From assembly GCA_040905425.1 (NCBI GenBank), contig JBBDRO010000100.1, positions 1 to 63,023 on the forward strand: a stretch of 63,023 bases of DNA, in the 5' to 3' direction. The translations under genes and the position numbers were made by a program. Below the pieces are notes generated by a model, which searched no databases, was not told the DNA's origin, and saw nothing but the letters and a program-made list of their open reading frames with translations. The DNA is from Gemmatimonadota bacterium (GTDB lineage Bacteria; Gemmatimonadota; Gemmatimonadetes; Longimicrobiales; RSA9). Positions 1 through 9,319 of the stretch are shown here, one piece after another (the stretch's first letter is position 1; the number at the start of each line of letters is the position of its first letter).

Positions 1-1307
1 TCGAAGCCCTGGCCGGCCATGGCGTAGTAGCCGGCGCCGGAGGCGTGGTTGATGGTGAGCACCAGCTTGGGCACGGTGGCCGTGGCCATGGCCTCCACGA
101 AGCGCGCCCCGGCGCGGATGATGCCCGCGTGCTCGGCCTCCGTGCCCACCATGAAGCCGCTCACGTCCTGCACGAACAGGAGCGGCGTGCGGTGCCGGTT
201 CATGGTCTCGATGAAGTAGGCGGTCTTCTCGGCGCTGTCCGGGTAGATGATGCCGCCGAATTTGGGCGGGCCGCCGTGCGGGTCCTTGAGGATGCCGCGC
301 GCGTTGGCAATGACGCCCACCGCCACGCCGTCGATGCGCCCCGTGCCGCAGATCACCTCCGGCGCATGGTCGGCCTGGAACTCGTCCAGGTGGCCTTCGT
401 CAAGCAGGCCCTCCAGCAGCGTGTGCGTGTCGTAGGGCTGCCGGTGATCATCGGGGACGAGCGTGTAGAATTCCTCGGGTGCGCGGCGCGGGGACGTCGC
501 TTCACCCAGCGCGGCTGTGGGCGGTTCGTAGGGAAGTTCCTCGAGGAGCTCGCGGATGCGAGCCAGGCAGGCCCGGTCGTCCGTGGGGCGATAGTGCGCC
601 ACGCCGCTGATGGCGGTGTGCGTCCAGGCGCCGCCCAGCTCCTCCCCGTCCACGGTCTGGCCGGTGGCGCCCTTGACCAGGTTGGGGCCGCCCAGCCCCA
701 TGAAGCTGGTGCCCTCCACCATGAGGATGACGTCCGAGAGCGCCGGCAGGTACGCGCCGCCCGCGATGCACGGGCCCATGACCGCCGCGATCTGCGGCAC
801 GGCCAGGTAACGGCGCATGATGGAGTTGTAGTAGAAGATGCGGCTGGCCCCGTACTGCCCGGGGAAGACGCCGCCCTGGTAGGGCAGATTCACCCCCGCC
901 GAATCCACCAGGTAGACAATCGGCACGCGGCAGCGCATGGCCACCTCCTGCGCGCGCAGCATCTTGGTGATGGTCTCGGGCCACCAGGAGCCGGCCTTGA
1001 CAGTGGCGTCGTTGGCAATGATGACGGTAGGGCGGCCATGCACGCGGCCGATTCCGGTGACCACGCCGGCGGCAGGCGCCTGGCCGTCGTAGCGGTCGTG
1101 GGCCACCAGCAGGCCGAGTTCCAGCAACTCCGTGCGGGGGTCCAGCAGCAGACTGATGCGTTCGCGAGCGGTGAGCTTCCCCTGGGCGTGCTGGCGCTCG
1201 ATCTTTTCGGGCCCGCCGCCCTGGCGGAGCTCCTCTTCCAGCGCGTGGAGTTCGTCCGTCAGCCGGCGCAGGCGACCCGGACCGGCCTCCTTCGCGGCGC
1301 TGCTCAC
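1..1307 (-). CDS. acyl-CoA carboxylase carboxyltransferase (beta) subunit, 3' end outside window
   Basis: Manual minus-strand translation from GTG at 1307 gives GGGPEKIERQHAQGKLTARERI, ANDATVKAGSW, YLVDSAG and MGPCIAGGAY, typical of MCC/PCC beta subunits. Confidence 0.9.
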   Translation of the reverse strand, partial: MSSAAKEAGPGRLRRLTDELHALEEELRQGGGPEKIERQHAQGKLTARERISLLLDPRTELLELGLLVAHDRYDGQAPAAGVVTGIGRVHGRPTVIIANDATVKAGSWWPETITKMLRAQEVAMRCRVPIVYLVDSAGVNLPYQGGVFPGQYGASRIFYYNSIMRRYLAVPQIAAVMGPCIAGGAYLPALSDVILMVEGTSFMGLGGPNLVKGATGQTVDGEELGGAWTHTAISGVAHYRPTDDRACLARIRELLEELPYEPPTAALGEATSPRRAPEEFYTLVPDDHRQPYDTHTLLEGLLDEGHLDEFQADHAPEVICGTGRIDGVAVGVIANARGILKDPHGGPPKFGGIIYPDSAEKTAYFIETMNRHRTPLLFVQDVSGFMVGTEAEHAGIIRAGARFVEAMATATVPKLVLTINHASGAGYYAMAGQGF

Positions 1308-1320
1308 GCTCCCGCCCCGC

Positions 1321-1740
1321 TCAGGACGCGGCGCCCGCGCGGCGCCCCTCGGCCCAACTGCGCACGAAATCGATCGGCGCCGAGGTGGGCGTGCCGGGGC
1401 CGAACAGCTTGCCCACGCCCATGGCCTCCAGCGCCTGGATGTCCTCCTCGGGCATGATGCCGCCGCCGATGACCAGCACGTCCTCCATGCCCTCGGCCTT
1501 GAGCAGCTCCAGGATGCGCGGGAAGAGGGACATGTGCGCGCCCGACAGGATGGACAGCGCCACCACGTCCGCGTCCTCCTGCACCGCCGCCTGCACGATC
1601 ATCTCGGGCGTCTGGTGGAGCCCCGTGTAGATCACCTCGAAGCCGGCGTCCCGGAAGGAGCTGGCAATGACCTTGGCGCCGCGATCGTGGCCGTCCAGTC
1701 CGGGCTTGGCCACCACGATGCGAATGTTCTCGGTAGTCAT
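1321..1740 (-). CDS. cobalamin-binding small subunit of acyl-CoA mutase (IcmB/MCM C-terminal type)
   Basis: B12-binding motif GLDGHDRG plus SILSGAH and IGGGI; start moved to ATG at 1740. Confidence 0.93.
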   Translation of the reverse strand: MTTENIRIVVAKPGLDGHDRGAKVIASSFRDAGFEVIYTGLHQTPEMIVQAAVQEDADVVALSILSGAHMSLFPRILELLKAEGMEDVLVIGGGIMPEEDIQALEAMGVGKLFGPGTPTSAPIDFVRSWAEGRRAGAAS

Positions 1741-1870
1741 GCCGAAAAGGGTACGTCTGGTGCCCCCTCCGGGCAAGCAGGGGCGCGCCGCTGGAACGCG
1801 CCCTGCACTGGCGTGCCGGGCGCCGGGCGCCTAGCGTGTCCGTAGCCGTTCACAGATCCTGGAGAGAGCC

Positions 1871-2389
1871 ATGTCACGCACCGTTCTGCCGCTACTCGTC
1901 CTTGCCACGTTCGTCCTGGGCGCCTGCCAGGAGCAGGTGTCCGAGGAGATGAACCCCACCGGAGACTCCATCGAGATCTCCCTCGACGCCGCCGCGCCGG
2001 TTGGTGCGCAGGCAGGCGCGCTGCTGGATCCCGGCAACGCTTCGCACGCCGATCTGATGGCGCTGGGACTGGACTCCGCCACCGTGGAGGCCATCGTGGC
2101 GGCCCGCCCCATCGAGAACATGCTGGAGGTGGACGCCATCCTGGCCGGCGGCGGCATGGACGAGGCCGAGCGTGAGGGCATCTACACCCGCATGTTCAAG
2201 CCACTGGACCTGAACTCGGCATCCGGTGAAGAGATCCAGCTCATCCCCAGGGTGGGCGACAGGATGCAGCACGAGTTCGAAGAGTACCGGCCCTACACGG
2301 ACATAGCGCAGTTCCGGCGGGAGATGGGCAAGTACGTGGATGACGCAGAGGTGGAGCGGCTGGCCTCCTACGTCACGATCCGGCAGTAG
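1871..2389 (+). CDS. lipoprotein with ComEA-like helix-hairpin-helix repeats
   Basis: Lipobox VLGAC; LDLNSASGEEIQLIPRVG and EYRPY motifs; GGAGAG RBS. Confidence 0.7.
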   Translation: MSRTVLPLLVLATFVLGACQEQVSEEMNPTGDSIEISLDAAAPVGAQAGALLDPGNASHADLMALGLDSATVEAIVAARPIENMLEVDAILAGGGMDEAEREGIYTRMFKPLDLNSASGEEIQLIPRVGDRMQHEFEEYRPYTDIAQFRREMGKYVDDAEVERLASYVTIRQ

Positions 2390-2410
2390 CCTCGGCGCGG
2401 TGGCGCCCGC

Positions 2411-3151
2411 TCAGCGCGCCACCGCGATCAGGCTCTCCGAATCCCGTCGCAGCGGCCGGCCGCCCCAGCCGCCGAAGTAGGCCACGCTCTGGAAGCCGGC
2501 TGTGTGCAGGAGCCGGTCGATCTCGGTGGCCGTGCGCAGCCGTAGCGCATACGCCTTCCGCCCCTCCTCCTCGCCCCGGCGCCAGCGCAACCGCTCCTGG
2601 CTTATGCCCGTCACCGGATCGAAGCGACGACGCACCCGCACCTCCGTCCCGTCGGGGAGCACCCATCGGTCCCGTTCAGCATACCCCGCCATCACCTCGT
2701 CCCGATGCATGGATTCCAGCAGGAGGGAGCCGCCGGGCTTCAGCACGCGCCGCGCCTCGGCCAGCGCGGCCACGTCCTCGGCATCGTCCAGGAAGAGGCC
2801 GAGCGAGGTGTAGACGTTTACTACCGCGTCGAAGCTGGCGCTGGCGAACGGCAGGCGGCGCAGGTCGGCCGCGGCGTAGCCGCTGGCGGCGGGTGTGTGG
2901 CGTAGAAGGTCCAGGGACAGGTCGGCGCCGTACGCGTTCATGCCAGCCTCCACGAGCAGCCCCGTGTGCCGCCCCCAACCGCACGGCGCGTCGAGCACGC
3001 GCGCGCCGTGCGGGAGCGCCAGCAGCTCGCGCATGCCCGCCACCTCGCAGCGGCTGCGGGCCTCTGAAAAGAGCGGATCGTGCAGCTGGAAGTAGACGTC
3101 GTCGAAGTGGTGGCGCCACCATCCTGCCATCGCGTCGGGCGCCGTGCTCAC
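2411..3151 (-). CDS. class I SAM-dependent methyltransferase
   Basis: VLDAPCGWGRH motif I, GADLS, FDAVV, VLKPGG. Confidence 0.9.
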   Translation of the reverse strand: MSTAPDAMAGWWRHHFDDVYFQLHDPLFSEARSRCEVAGMRELLALPHGARVLDAPCGWGRHTGLLVEAGMNAYGADLSLDLLRHTPAASGYAAADLRRLPFASASFDAVVNVYTSLGLFLDDAEDVAALAEARRVLKPGGSLLLESMHRDEVMAGYAERDRWVLPDGTEVRVRRRFDPVTGISQERLRWRRGEEEGRKAYALRLRTATEIDRLLHTAGFQSVAYFGGWGGRPLRRDSESLIAVAR

Positions 3152-4509
3152 TCTGAGCCCTCCGTCTCCCGGTCCAGCTCCGCCTGCGGCAGGGGCATGA
3201 GGCGCAGCTCCAGCCGCCCCACGCGCCGCCCCTCCATCTTCAGGACGCGCAACTGGCCTCCGCGGATGGCCAGCCTGTCCCCCACCCGCGCGATGCGCCC
3301 GAGGCGGCCCAGCACGAAGCCGCCCACCGTGGTGTAGTCCTCGTCCGGCAGGCGCAGGTCATAGCGCTCGTTCAGGTCGGAGATGGAGAATCCGCCCTCC
3401 ACCAGCACGCTGCCGTCCGCGCGCTCCTCGAGCCCCTCGCGCTCATCGTCCAGTTCGTCGGCGATCTCGCCCACGATCTCCTCCACGAGATCCTCGATCG
3501 TGACGATCCCCGCCGTGCCGCCGAACTCGTCGATGACCACGGCCAGCTGGGCGCTCTCCTGCTGCATCTCGCGCAGCAGGTGCTCGATGGTCTTGGTGTC
3601 CGGCACGAAGGGCACCTCGCGCACGATGTCCCGCAACTCTCCGCCGCCCAGCACCTGGGTGCGCCAGACGTCGCGCGCCAGCACGATGCCCAGGATGCGA
3701 TCCACGCTCACCTCGTAGACGGGGTAGCGGGAGTGACCCTCCTCCAGGATGAACGTGGCCGCATCCTCCAGGCTGGTGTCCACGGGAATGGCACGCACGT
3801 CCGTGCGTGGCGTCATCACCTCAGAGGCGCGCGTCTCGGAGAGGTGGAAGACGCCCCGGATCATCTCCACCGGCTCCTCGCGGAGCAGACCGTGCTCGTA
3901 GGTCTGCGTAAGGAGCATCTCGATCTCCTCGGGCCGATGGACCCGCTCCATCTCCGTGGGCGCGCGCAGCCCCACCACCCTGAGCAGCAGGTTGGCCGCC
4001 CCATTCAGGAAGATGATGAAGGGTGTGAAGATGCGGGAGAAGATGATGAGCGGGCCCGACGTCCAGAGGCTCACCGCCTCCGGAAAGAGCAGGGCCAGGG
4101 ACTTGGGGGCCAGCTCCCCTAGCACGATGTGCAGCACCGTGATGAAGGCAAAGGCTATGGTGCCCGCCACGGCGTGGGTGGACAGCACGTCCCACGGCGC
4201 CGGCAGTCCGGCGAAGAGCCCCGCGATCATGGTGGCGATGGTGGACTCGCCCACCCATCCCAGCCCCAGCGAGGCCAGCGTGATGCCGAGCTGCGTACCG
4301 GAGATGTAGTGGTCGAGGCGATGGATGACGGAGCGCGCCAGCTTCGCGCGGCGGTTGCCCGCCCGGGCCATGGCGTCGATGCGCGTGCGCCGCGCCCCCA
4401 CCAGGGCAAATTCGGCCGCCACGAAGAAGCCGTTGGCAAAGACCAGCACCATGGCCACCGACAGGCGCAGGACGATGGCCCCCGCGCTCAGGGTATGGGC
4501 ATCCTCCAT
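3148..4509 (-). CDS. hemolysin-family CNNM/CBS/CorC transporter-associated protein
   Basis: NGFFVAAEFAL, GELAPK, VMTPR, HSRYPV, DEFGGTAGIVTIEDLVEEIVGEI. Confidence 0.93.
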   Translation of the reverse strand: MEDAHTLSAGAIVLRLSVAMVLVFANGFFVAAEFALVGARRTRIDAMARAGNRRAKLARSVIHRLDHYISGTQLGITLASLGLGWVGESTIATMIAGLFAGLPAPWDVLSTHAVAGTIAFAFITVLHIVLGELAPKSLALLFPEAVSLWTSGPLIIFSRIFTPFIIFLNGAANLLLRVVGLRAPTEMERVHRPEEIEMLLTQTYEHGLLREEPVEMIRGVFHLSETRASEVMTPRTDVRAIPVDTSLEDAATFILEEGHSRYPVYEVSVDRILGIVLARDVWRTQVLGGGELRDIVREVPFVPDTKTIEHLLREMQQESAQLAVVIDEFGGTAGIVTIEDLVEEIVGEIADELDDEREGLEERADGSVLVEGGFSISDLNERYDLRLPDEDYTTVGGFVLGRLGRIARVGDRLAIRGGQLRVLKMEGRRVGRLELRLMPLPQAELDRETEGSE

Positions 4510-5267
4510 CAGGCGGCGCTCGCATCCAGCGGCAGCCCGCGCGCCAGCAGCTTCGGCAACTCACCCAGCGCGCGGATGCGCGCCACGTCCCGCCGCGGCT
4601 CCTCGTCCAGCGGATCCAGCAGCACGGGCGCCACGCCCGCCGCGCGCGCACCGGCCACGTCCACGGCGTAGACATCCCCTACGTGCACGCACTCGGCGGG
4701 CTCGGCCCCCACGCGCTCGCAGGCGATGGCGAAGATGCGCGGATCGGGCTTCTCCACGCCCACCAGCCCGCTGTCCACCACGTGGTCCAGCAGGTCGCGC
4801 AGCCCGGCGTGCTCCAGGAAGCGCTCCACACGCCCGTCGGCGTTGGAGACCACGCACAGCGTGTAGCCAGCCGTTCGCAGCTCGGTCAGCGCCGCCGCCG
4901 TGCCGTCCACCACGCGCGTCCACAGGCGCGCCTCGCGGTGCCGCGCCTGGACGGCGGCGCGCACCTCCTCCGCCCGTTCGGGCGGGCAGCCCAGCTCCCG
5001 CATGAGCAGCTGACCGTAGAGGCGCCAGCGCGCGTCATCGTTGGCGGCCTGGCCATGGCGCAGCGCGGCCATGGCCGCCGCGTGCGCGGTCCGGTGGGCC
5101 GTGTCGAAGGCGGCCGCGTCCCGCACGACACCGGCGGTGGCCAGCGTGGCCAGGATGAAGCGGCGATCCAGGTGGATCAGGGTACCGCCCGCGTCCAGGA
5201 AGACCACGCGGGGAGTTCGGTCGGGCCGGCGCGGGGCCGGCTCCGTTCGTGGAACGGTTTCGCTCAA
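4509..5267 (-). CDS. HAD-superfamily hydrolase
   Basis: FLDAGGTL, VVSN, KPDPRIF, HVGD...DVAGA. Confidence 0.9.
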   Translation of the reverse strand: MSETVPRTEPAPRRPDRTPRVVFLDAGGTLIHLDRRFILATLATAGVVRDAAAFDTAHRTAHAAAMAALRHGQAANDDARWRLYGQLLMRELGCPPERAEEVRAAVQARHREARLWTRVVDGTAAALTELRTAGYTLCVVSNADGRVERFLEHAGLRDLLDHVVDSGLVGVEKPDPRIFAIACERVGAEPAECVHVGDVYAVDVAGARAAGVAPVLLDPLDEEPRRDVARIRALGELPKLLARGLPLDASAA

Positions 5268-5269
5268 GG

Positions 5270-7006
5270 TTAGAAAAAGACCGGTTCCCGGTAGGCGCCG
5301 TGCACCTTTTCCAGGGCCTCCCGGATCTCGAAGAGGGTGGCGTAGGCGCGCACCGCCTCCAGCATGGGCTCCATCACGTTCTCCCCGCGGTCCGCGGCGC
5401 CGCGCAGCGCGACGAGCGCCTGCTCCACGCGCTCCCCGTCCCGCCGCTCGCGGAGCTCCGCCAGGCGCTCCCGCTGGCGCTTCTCAGGCGTGTCGTCGAT
5501 GCGCAGGATCTCCACGTCCTCCTCCGCGCCGCCCTCCGTGAAGGCGTTCACGCCCACCACCACGTGCTCGCCGGATTCCACGGCGCGCTGCTGATCGGAG
5601 GCGCTGCGCGCGATGGCGCGCTGGAAATAGCCGCTCTCGAGCGCCGGCACCACCCCGCCCAGCCGCTCCACCTCCGTGAAGATGGCCTCCGCCTCCGCCT
5701 CCAGCTTGTCGGTGAGCGCCTCCAGGTAGTAGGAGCCGGCCAGCGGGTCGATGGTGTTGGGCACGCCCGTCTCGTAGGCCAGGATCTGCTGGGTGCGGAG
5801 CGCAATGCGCACGCTCTTCTCGGTGGGCAGCGCCAGCGTCTCGTCCATGGAGTTGGTGTGCAGGCTCTGCGTGCCGCCGAGCGCCGCCGCCATGGCCTGG
5901 TAGGCCACGCGCACGATGTTGTTCTCCGGCTGCGGCGCCACCAGCGTCACACCGGCCGTCTGGGCGTGGGTGCGCAGCCGCCACGACTGCTCGTTGGTGG
6001 CGCCGTACACGTCCCGCAGCCGCTTGGCCCAGATGCGCCGGGCCGCGCGGAACTTGGCCACTTCCTCGAAGAAATCGTTGTGCACGTCGAAGAAGAAGGA
6101 CAGGCGCGGCGCGAACGTGTCCACGTCCATGCCGCGCGCCAGGCCCCGCTCCACGTACTCGAAGCCGTTGCGCAGCGTGAAGGCCAGCTCCTGCGCGGCG
6201 GTGGAGCCCGCCTCGCGGATGTGATAGCCGCTGATGGAGATGGGGTTGTAGCGCGGCGCGTGCTCGGACGCCCACGCGAACATGTCCACGATGAGGGAGA
6301 GGGCGGGCTCCACGGGATAGATCCACGCGTGCTGCGCCATGTACTCCTTCAGGATGTCATTCTGCACCGTGCCGGTCAGCTTTTCGGCCGGGATGCCCTG
6401 CTTCTCGGCCGCCACCACGTAGAAGCAGAAGAGCATGACGGCGGGCCCGTTGATGGTCATGGAGACCGAGACCTCATCCAGCGGGATGCCATCGAAGAGC
6501 GTCTCCATGTCCGCCAGCGAGCTGATGGCCACGCCGCATTTGCCCACCTCGCCCAGCGAGCGCGGGTGATCCGAGTCGTAGCCCATGAGCGTGGGGAAGT
6601 CGAAGGCCACGCTGAGGCCCGTCTGCCCGTTGGCCAGCAGATACTTGTAGCGCCGGTTGGTCTCCTCCGCCGTGCCGAAGCCCGCGAACTGGCGCATGGT
6701 CCAGAGGCGCGTGCGGTACATGGAGGTGTAGGGCCCGCGCGTGTAGGGGAACTCACCCGGGAAGCCCAGACGCTCCACATAGTCCCAGTCCTCGGCCAGC
6801 TGCGCCGGCGTATAGAGCGGCTCCACCGCGGCGCCCGAGACGCTCTCGAAGGCCACGTTGCGCTGCGGCAGCCTGGCGAAGGAGCCTTCCCAGTCGGCCA
6901 GCCGCGCCCGCAGCTCCGCCAGCTCGCGCTCCTGACGCTGCACCGTGTCCAGGAGCTCCTCGCCGGTCACCTTGCCCGTGCGGGCCTCCCCGTCCGTCAC
7001 ACTCAT
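5270..7006 (-). CDS. B12-dependent acyl-CoA mutase large subunit (isobutyryl-CoA mutase-like)
   Basis: PGEFPYTRG, WTMRQFAGF, QNDILKEY, SISGYHIREAG, GGTQSLHTNS; start moved to ATG at 7006. Confidence 0.92.
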   Translation of the reverse strand: MSVTDGEARTGKVTGEELLDTVQRQERELAELRARLADWEGSFARLPQRNVAFESVSGAAVEPLYTPAQLAEDWDYVERLGFPGEFPYTRGPYTSMYRTRLWTMRQFAGFGTAEETNRRYKYLLANGQTGLSVAFDFPTLMGYDSDHPRSLGEVGKCGVAISSLADMETLFDGIPLDEVSVSMTINGPAVMLFCFYVVAAEKQGIPAEKLTGTVQNDILKEYMAQHAWIYPVEPALSLIVDMFAWASEHAPRYNPISISGYHIREAGSTAAQELAFTLRNGFEYVERGLARGMDVDTFAPRLSFFFDVHNDFFEEVAKFRAARRIWAKRLRDVYGATNEQSWRLRTHAQTAGVTLVAPQPENNIVRVAYQAMAAALGGTQSLHTNSMDETLALPTEKSVRIALRTQQILAYETGVPNTIDPLAGSYYLEALTDKLEAEAEAIFTEVERLGGVVPALESGYFQRAIARSASDQQRAVESGEHVVVGVNAFTEGGAEEDVEILRIDDTPEKRQRERLAELRERRDGERVEQALVALRGAADRGENVMEPMLEAVRAYATLFEIREALEKVHGAYREPVFF

Positions 7007-7028
7007 CGGTCCGTTCCTGCGTTCAGGA

Positions 7029-8180
7029 TCATGGCTTACCCTCCCCGCACGCGGCGCGCACGATGCGCGCCGCGACGGCGTAGGGAGAGACCTCGTGGCG
7101 CTCCAGCGCGTCCAGCTCCCGCTCCAGCATCTCCCGGCCGCCCCGCTCCAGCCAGGCGCGGTTGACCAGCGTGCGCCGCACCTGGGCGCGCACGCGGTCC
7201 GCCAGGCGCGCGCGCACGCGGCGGGTCCGTTCGCCGCTCGCCTCGAGCCAGGCGCGGTGCGCGTCGAGCGCATCGCTCACGGGCTGGATGCCGGCGTCCC
7301 GGTCGGCGCTGGTCTGCAGGATGGGGATCTCCCACGCCGATGGAGGGGCGTCGGCGGATGCATCGGGTGCGCCGGCGGATGCGGCGGCATCGTCGCTTAC
7401 CTGACGTTCCTTGAGCGCGTCCGCGGACACGCCGGCCTTTGCCCGCACGCGGCGATGGTCCACCCCGTGGTGGGCGGGCACGTTCCGCATGGTGTCCCCG
7501 GTGCGGTAGTGCAGCATCATGGAGAGCTCGCGCGCCATGCGCTCGGCGCCCGGTCGGTCGGCCTTGTTGACCACGAAGAGGTCGGCGGCCTCCATGAGGC
7601 CGGCCTTCATGGCCTGGATGGCGTCGCCCGACTCGGGGACCACCACCACCAGCGTGGTGTCGGCGGCGGCGGCGATGTCCAGCTCCGACTGCCCCACGCC
7701 CACCGTCTCCACCACGATGCGGTCGAAGCCGAAGGCGTCCATGACGTCCGCCACCTCCTCGGTGGCCAGCGCCAGCCCGCCGAGCGAGCCGCGCGTGGCC
7801 ATGGAGCGGATGAAGACGCCCTCGTCCAGGGTCAGCTCGTTCATGCGGATGCGGTCGCCAAGCAGGGCGCCGCCCGTGAACGGGGAGGTGGGGTCCACCG
7901 CGATCACGGCCACCGTCTGCCCGGCGGCCCGGAAGCGCTGCACGAGCGCCGTGGTGAGGGTGCTCTTCCCCGCCCCGGGCGGCCCGGTGATGCCGATACG
8001 GTGGGCGCGGCCGGCCTCGGCGTGCAGCGTCTCCAGCAGTCCCTGGAAGCCGGGGCGCTGGTTCTCGACGGTGGAGATGGCGCGCGAGAGCGCCACGCGC
8101 TTGCCCGCTCTGAAGGCGGTGAGGAGCGCGGCCAGTTCATCGGGGAGCGGCGGCGCTCCGGTGCTCGGGGTGGAGGTCAT
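7029..8180 (-). CDS. meaB: mutase-associated GTPase MeaB
   Basis: GPPGAGKST, VDPTSPFTGGALLGDRIRM, ETVGVGQSE, NKAD. Confidence 0.93.
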   Translation of the reverse strand: MTSTPSTGAPPLPDELAALLTAFRAGKRVALSRAISTVENQRPGFQGLLETLHAEAGRAHRIGITGPPGAGKSTLTTALVQRFRAAGQTVAVIAVDPTSPFTGGALLGDRIRMNELTLDEGVFIRSMATRGSLGGLALATEEVADVMDAFGFDRIVVETVGVGQSELDIAAAADTTLVVVVPESGDAIQAMKAGLMEAADLFVVNKADRPGAERMARELSMMLHYRTGDTMRNVPAHHGVDHRRVRAKAGVSADALKERQVSDDAAASAGAPDASADAPPSAWEIPILQTSADRDAGIQPVSDALDAHRAWLEASGERTRRVRARLADRVRAQVRRTLVNRAWLERGGREMLERELDALERHEVSPYAVAARIVRAACGEGKP

Positions 8181-8260
8181 CGGCGGGAAATTGCCGGCCG
8201 GGGTGGGGGTGTGTCAAACGAGCCGGGGAAGCAGCAGCGTGCCGGTCGAGTAGCCCGTGC

Positions 8261-8830
8261 CTACCCTATGTCGAGCAGCCGGGCCGCCTCGACCACCGGC
8301 GGACTCGTGGGGTTGAGTGGTAGGGGCCGACCGTACGTCAGGGCTCCGGGCGGCAACCTGTCACGGAACAGGACGATGGCGTGCCAGTCGCCCCAGAAGG
8401 CCGACCACCATCGGAGACCCGCGTGCATGTCCGCCTCCAGGTCTATCGCGATCTGTTGCGTTCGTTTGCGATCGCGGTAGGCGGGCAGGTCGGCGGTGAC
8501 CTGTGCGCGCTGAAGTGTGTCCGGTTCGCAAAGATCGGCCACGTCGGCCCATACGGCCGGAGCGAGCGTGGCCGATACCAGCGCGAGCCGATGACCCCAG
8601 GCGGTGAGGTCCTCGGTGGTGAGCGGATCCGGTGCGTTGCGAAATCCCTGGATCATCTCTCCTACGGCATGCTCCTCCGTGTCCGCAAAATAGAGGACGC
8701 CCCGGGGACGAGCGGGCAGGTCGAAACGGTTTCTGCCTTGCCCTCCAGGCACGAAAGCGGGACTGAACGGGCTGCCGTCCGCTGCCTTGGGATCCCATGG
8801 GAAGACCCGCCACAGCGGGGACGGCGTCAT
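8261..8830 (-). CDS. RES-domain toxin
   Basis: R/E/S residues in NRFD, LYFADTEEHAVGE and GLRWWS; 4-bp overlap with the upstream antitoxin. Confidence 0.8.
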   Translation of the reverse strand: MTPSPLWRVFPWDPKAADGSPFSPAFVPGGQGRNRFDLPARPRGVLYFADTEEHAVGEMIQGFRNAPDPLTTEDLTAWGHRLALVSATLAPAVWADVADLCEPDTLQRAQVTADLPAYRDRKRTQQIAIDLEADMHAGLRWWSAFWGDWHAIVLFRDRLPPGALTYGRPLPLNPTSPPVVEAARLLDIG

Positions 8831-9228
8831 GCAAAGGCTCCACTCTTCTGTGCTTCGATGGCGGCAATGACATCGGCAACATGGCCATCGCGGAGTACAC
8901 TGATCGGGCGTCGGTCATCGAGATGGGCATTGACCCCATGGAGCCACTTGGGGATCGAACTCTCCGCGAGATAGCCGGAAAGCAGGGCAATGACGGCGTC
9001 GAGCCCTATGATGCGATCGCGATTCTCGGGATCGGGCACCTGTCCTTCCCGCCACCGTCGGGGCTGTGCGCGGCTGACATCCAGAGCCTCCGCCACCGCG
9101 CTGTCACTACCGAGCACCCGGGTGAGCGCGTCCAGCCGCTCCGCCACGCGACCGACAGAGGGGGTTGCGCCCTTCCCGGATTGGCGCGCTGCGTATCCTT
9201 CCTGACTGCGGGATGTGCGCCGGGTCAT
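8827..9228 (-). CDS. Xre/MbcA/ParS-type antitoxin (HTH + DUF2384-like C-terminus)
   Basis: HTH-like VAEALDVSRAQPRRW; C-terminal KWLHGVNAHLDDRRPISVL. Confidence 0.8.
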   Translation of the reverse strand: MTRRTSRSQEGYAARQSGKGATPSVGRVAERLDALTRVLGSDSAVAEALDVSRAQPRRWREGQVPDPENRDRIIGLDAVIALLSGYLAESSIPKWLHGVNAHLDDRRPISVLRDGHVADVIAAIEAQKSGAFA

Positions 9229-9269
9229 GGTGAAAACCCCTGCTGACGTATATGCAGCGAGTCACTATC

Positions 9270-9288
9270 CGCTACAAATTATGTAGCG
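9270..9288. promoter_or_regulatory. inverted repeat, candidate TA autoregulatory operator
   Basis: CGCTACA-aatta-TGTAGCG in an AT-richer patch about 40 bp upstream of the antitoxin start. Confidence 0.55.
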
Positions 9289-9319
9289 CGAGGCGCGCGT
9301 ACGCAAGAGGCGGCCGCGC

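Noticed and set aside
45..1457. Long plus-strand ORF, and similar ones at 5249-7165, 10874-12760, 17583-19550 and 39532-41697
   Set aside because: Antisense or alternate-frame shadows of well-identified genes, expected in stop-poor high-GC DNA
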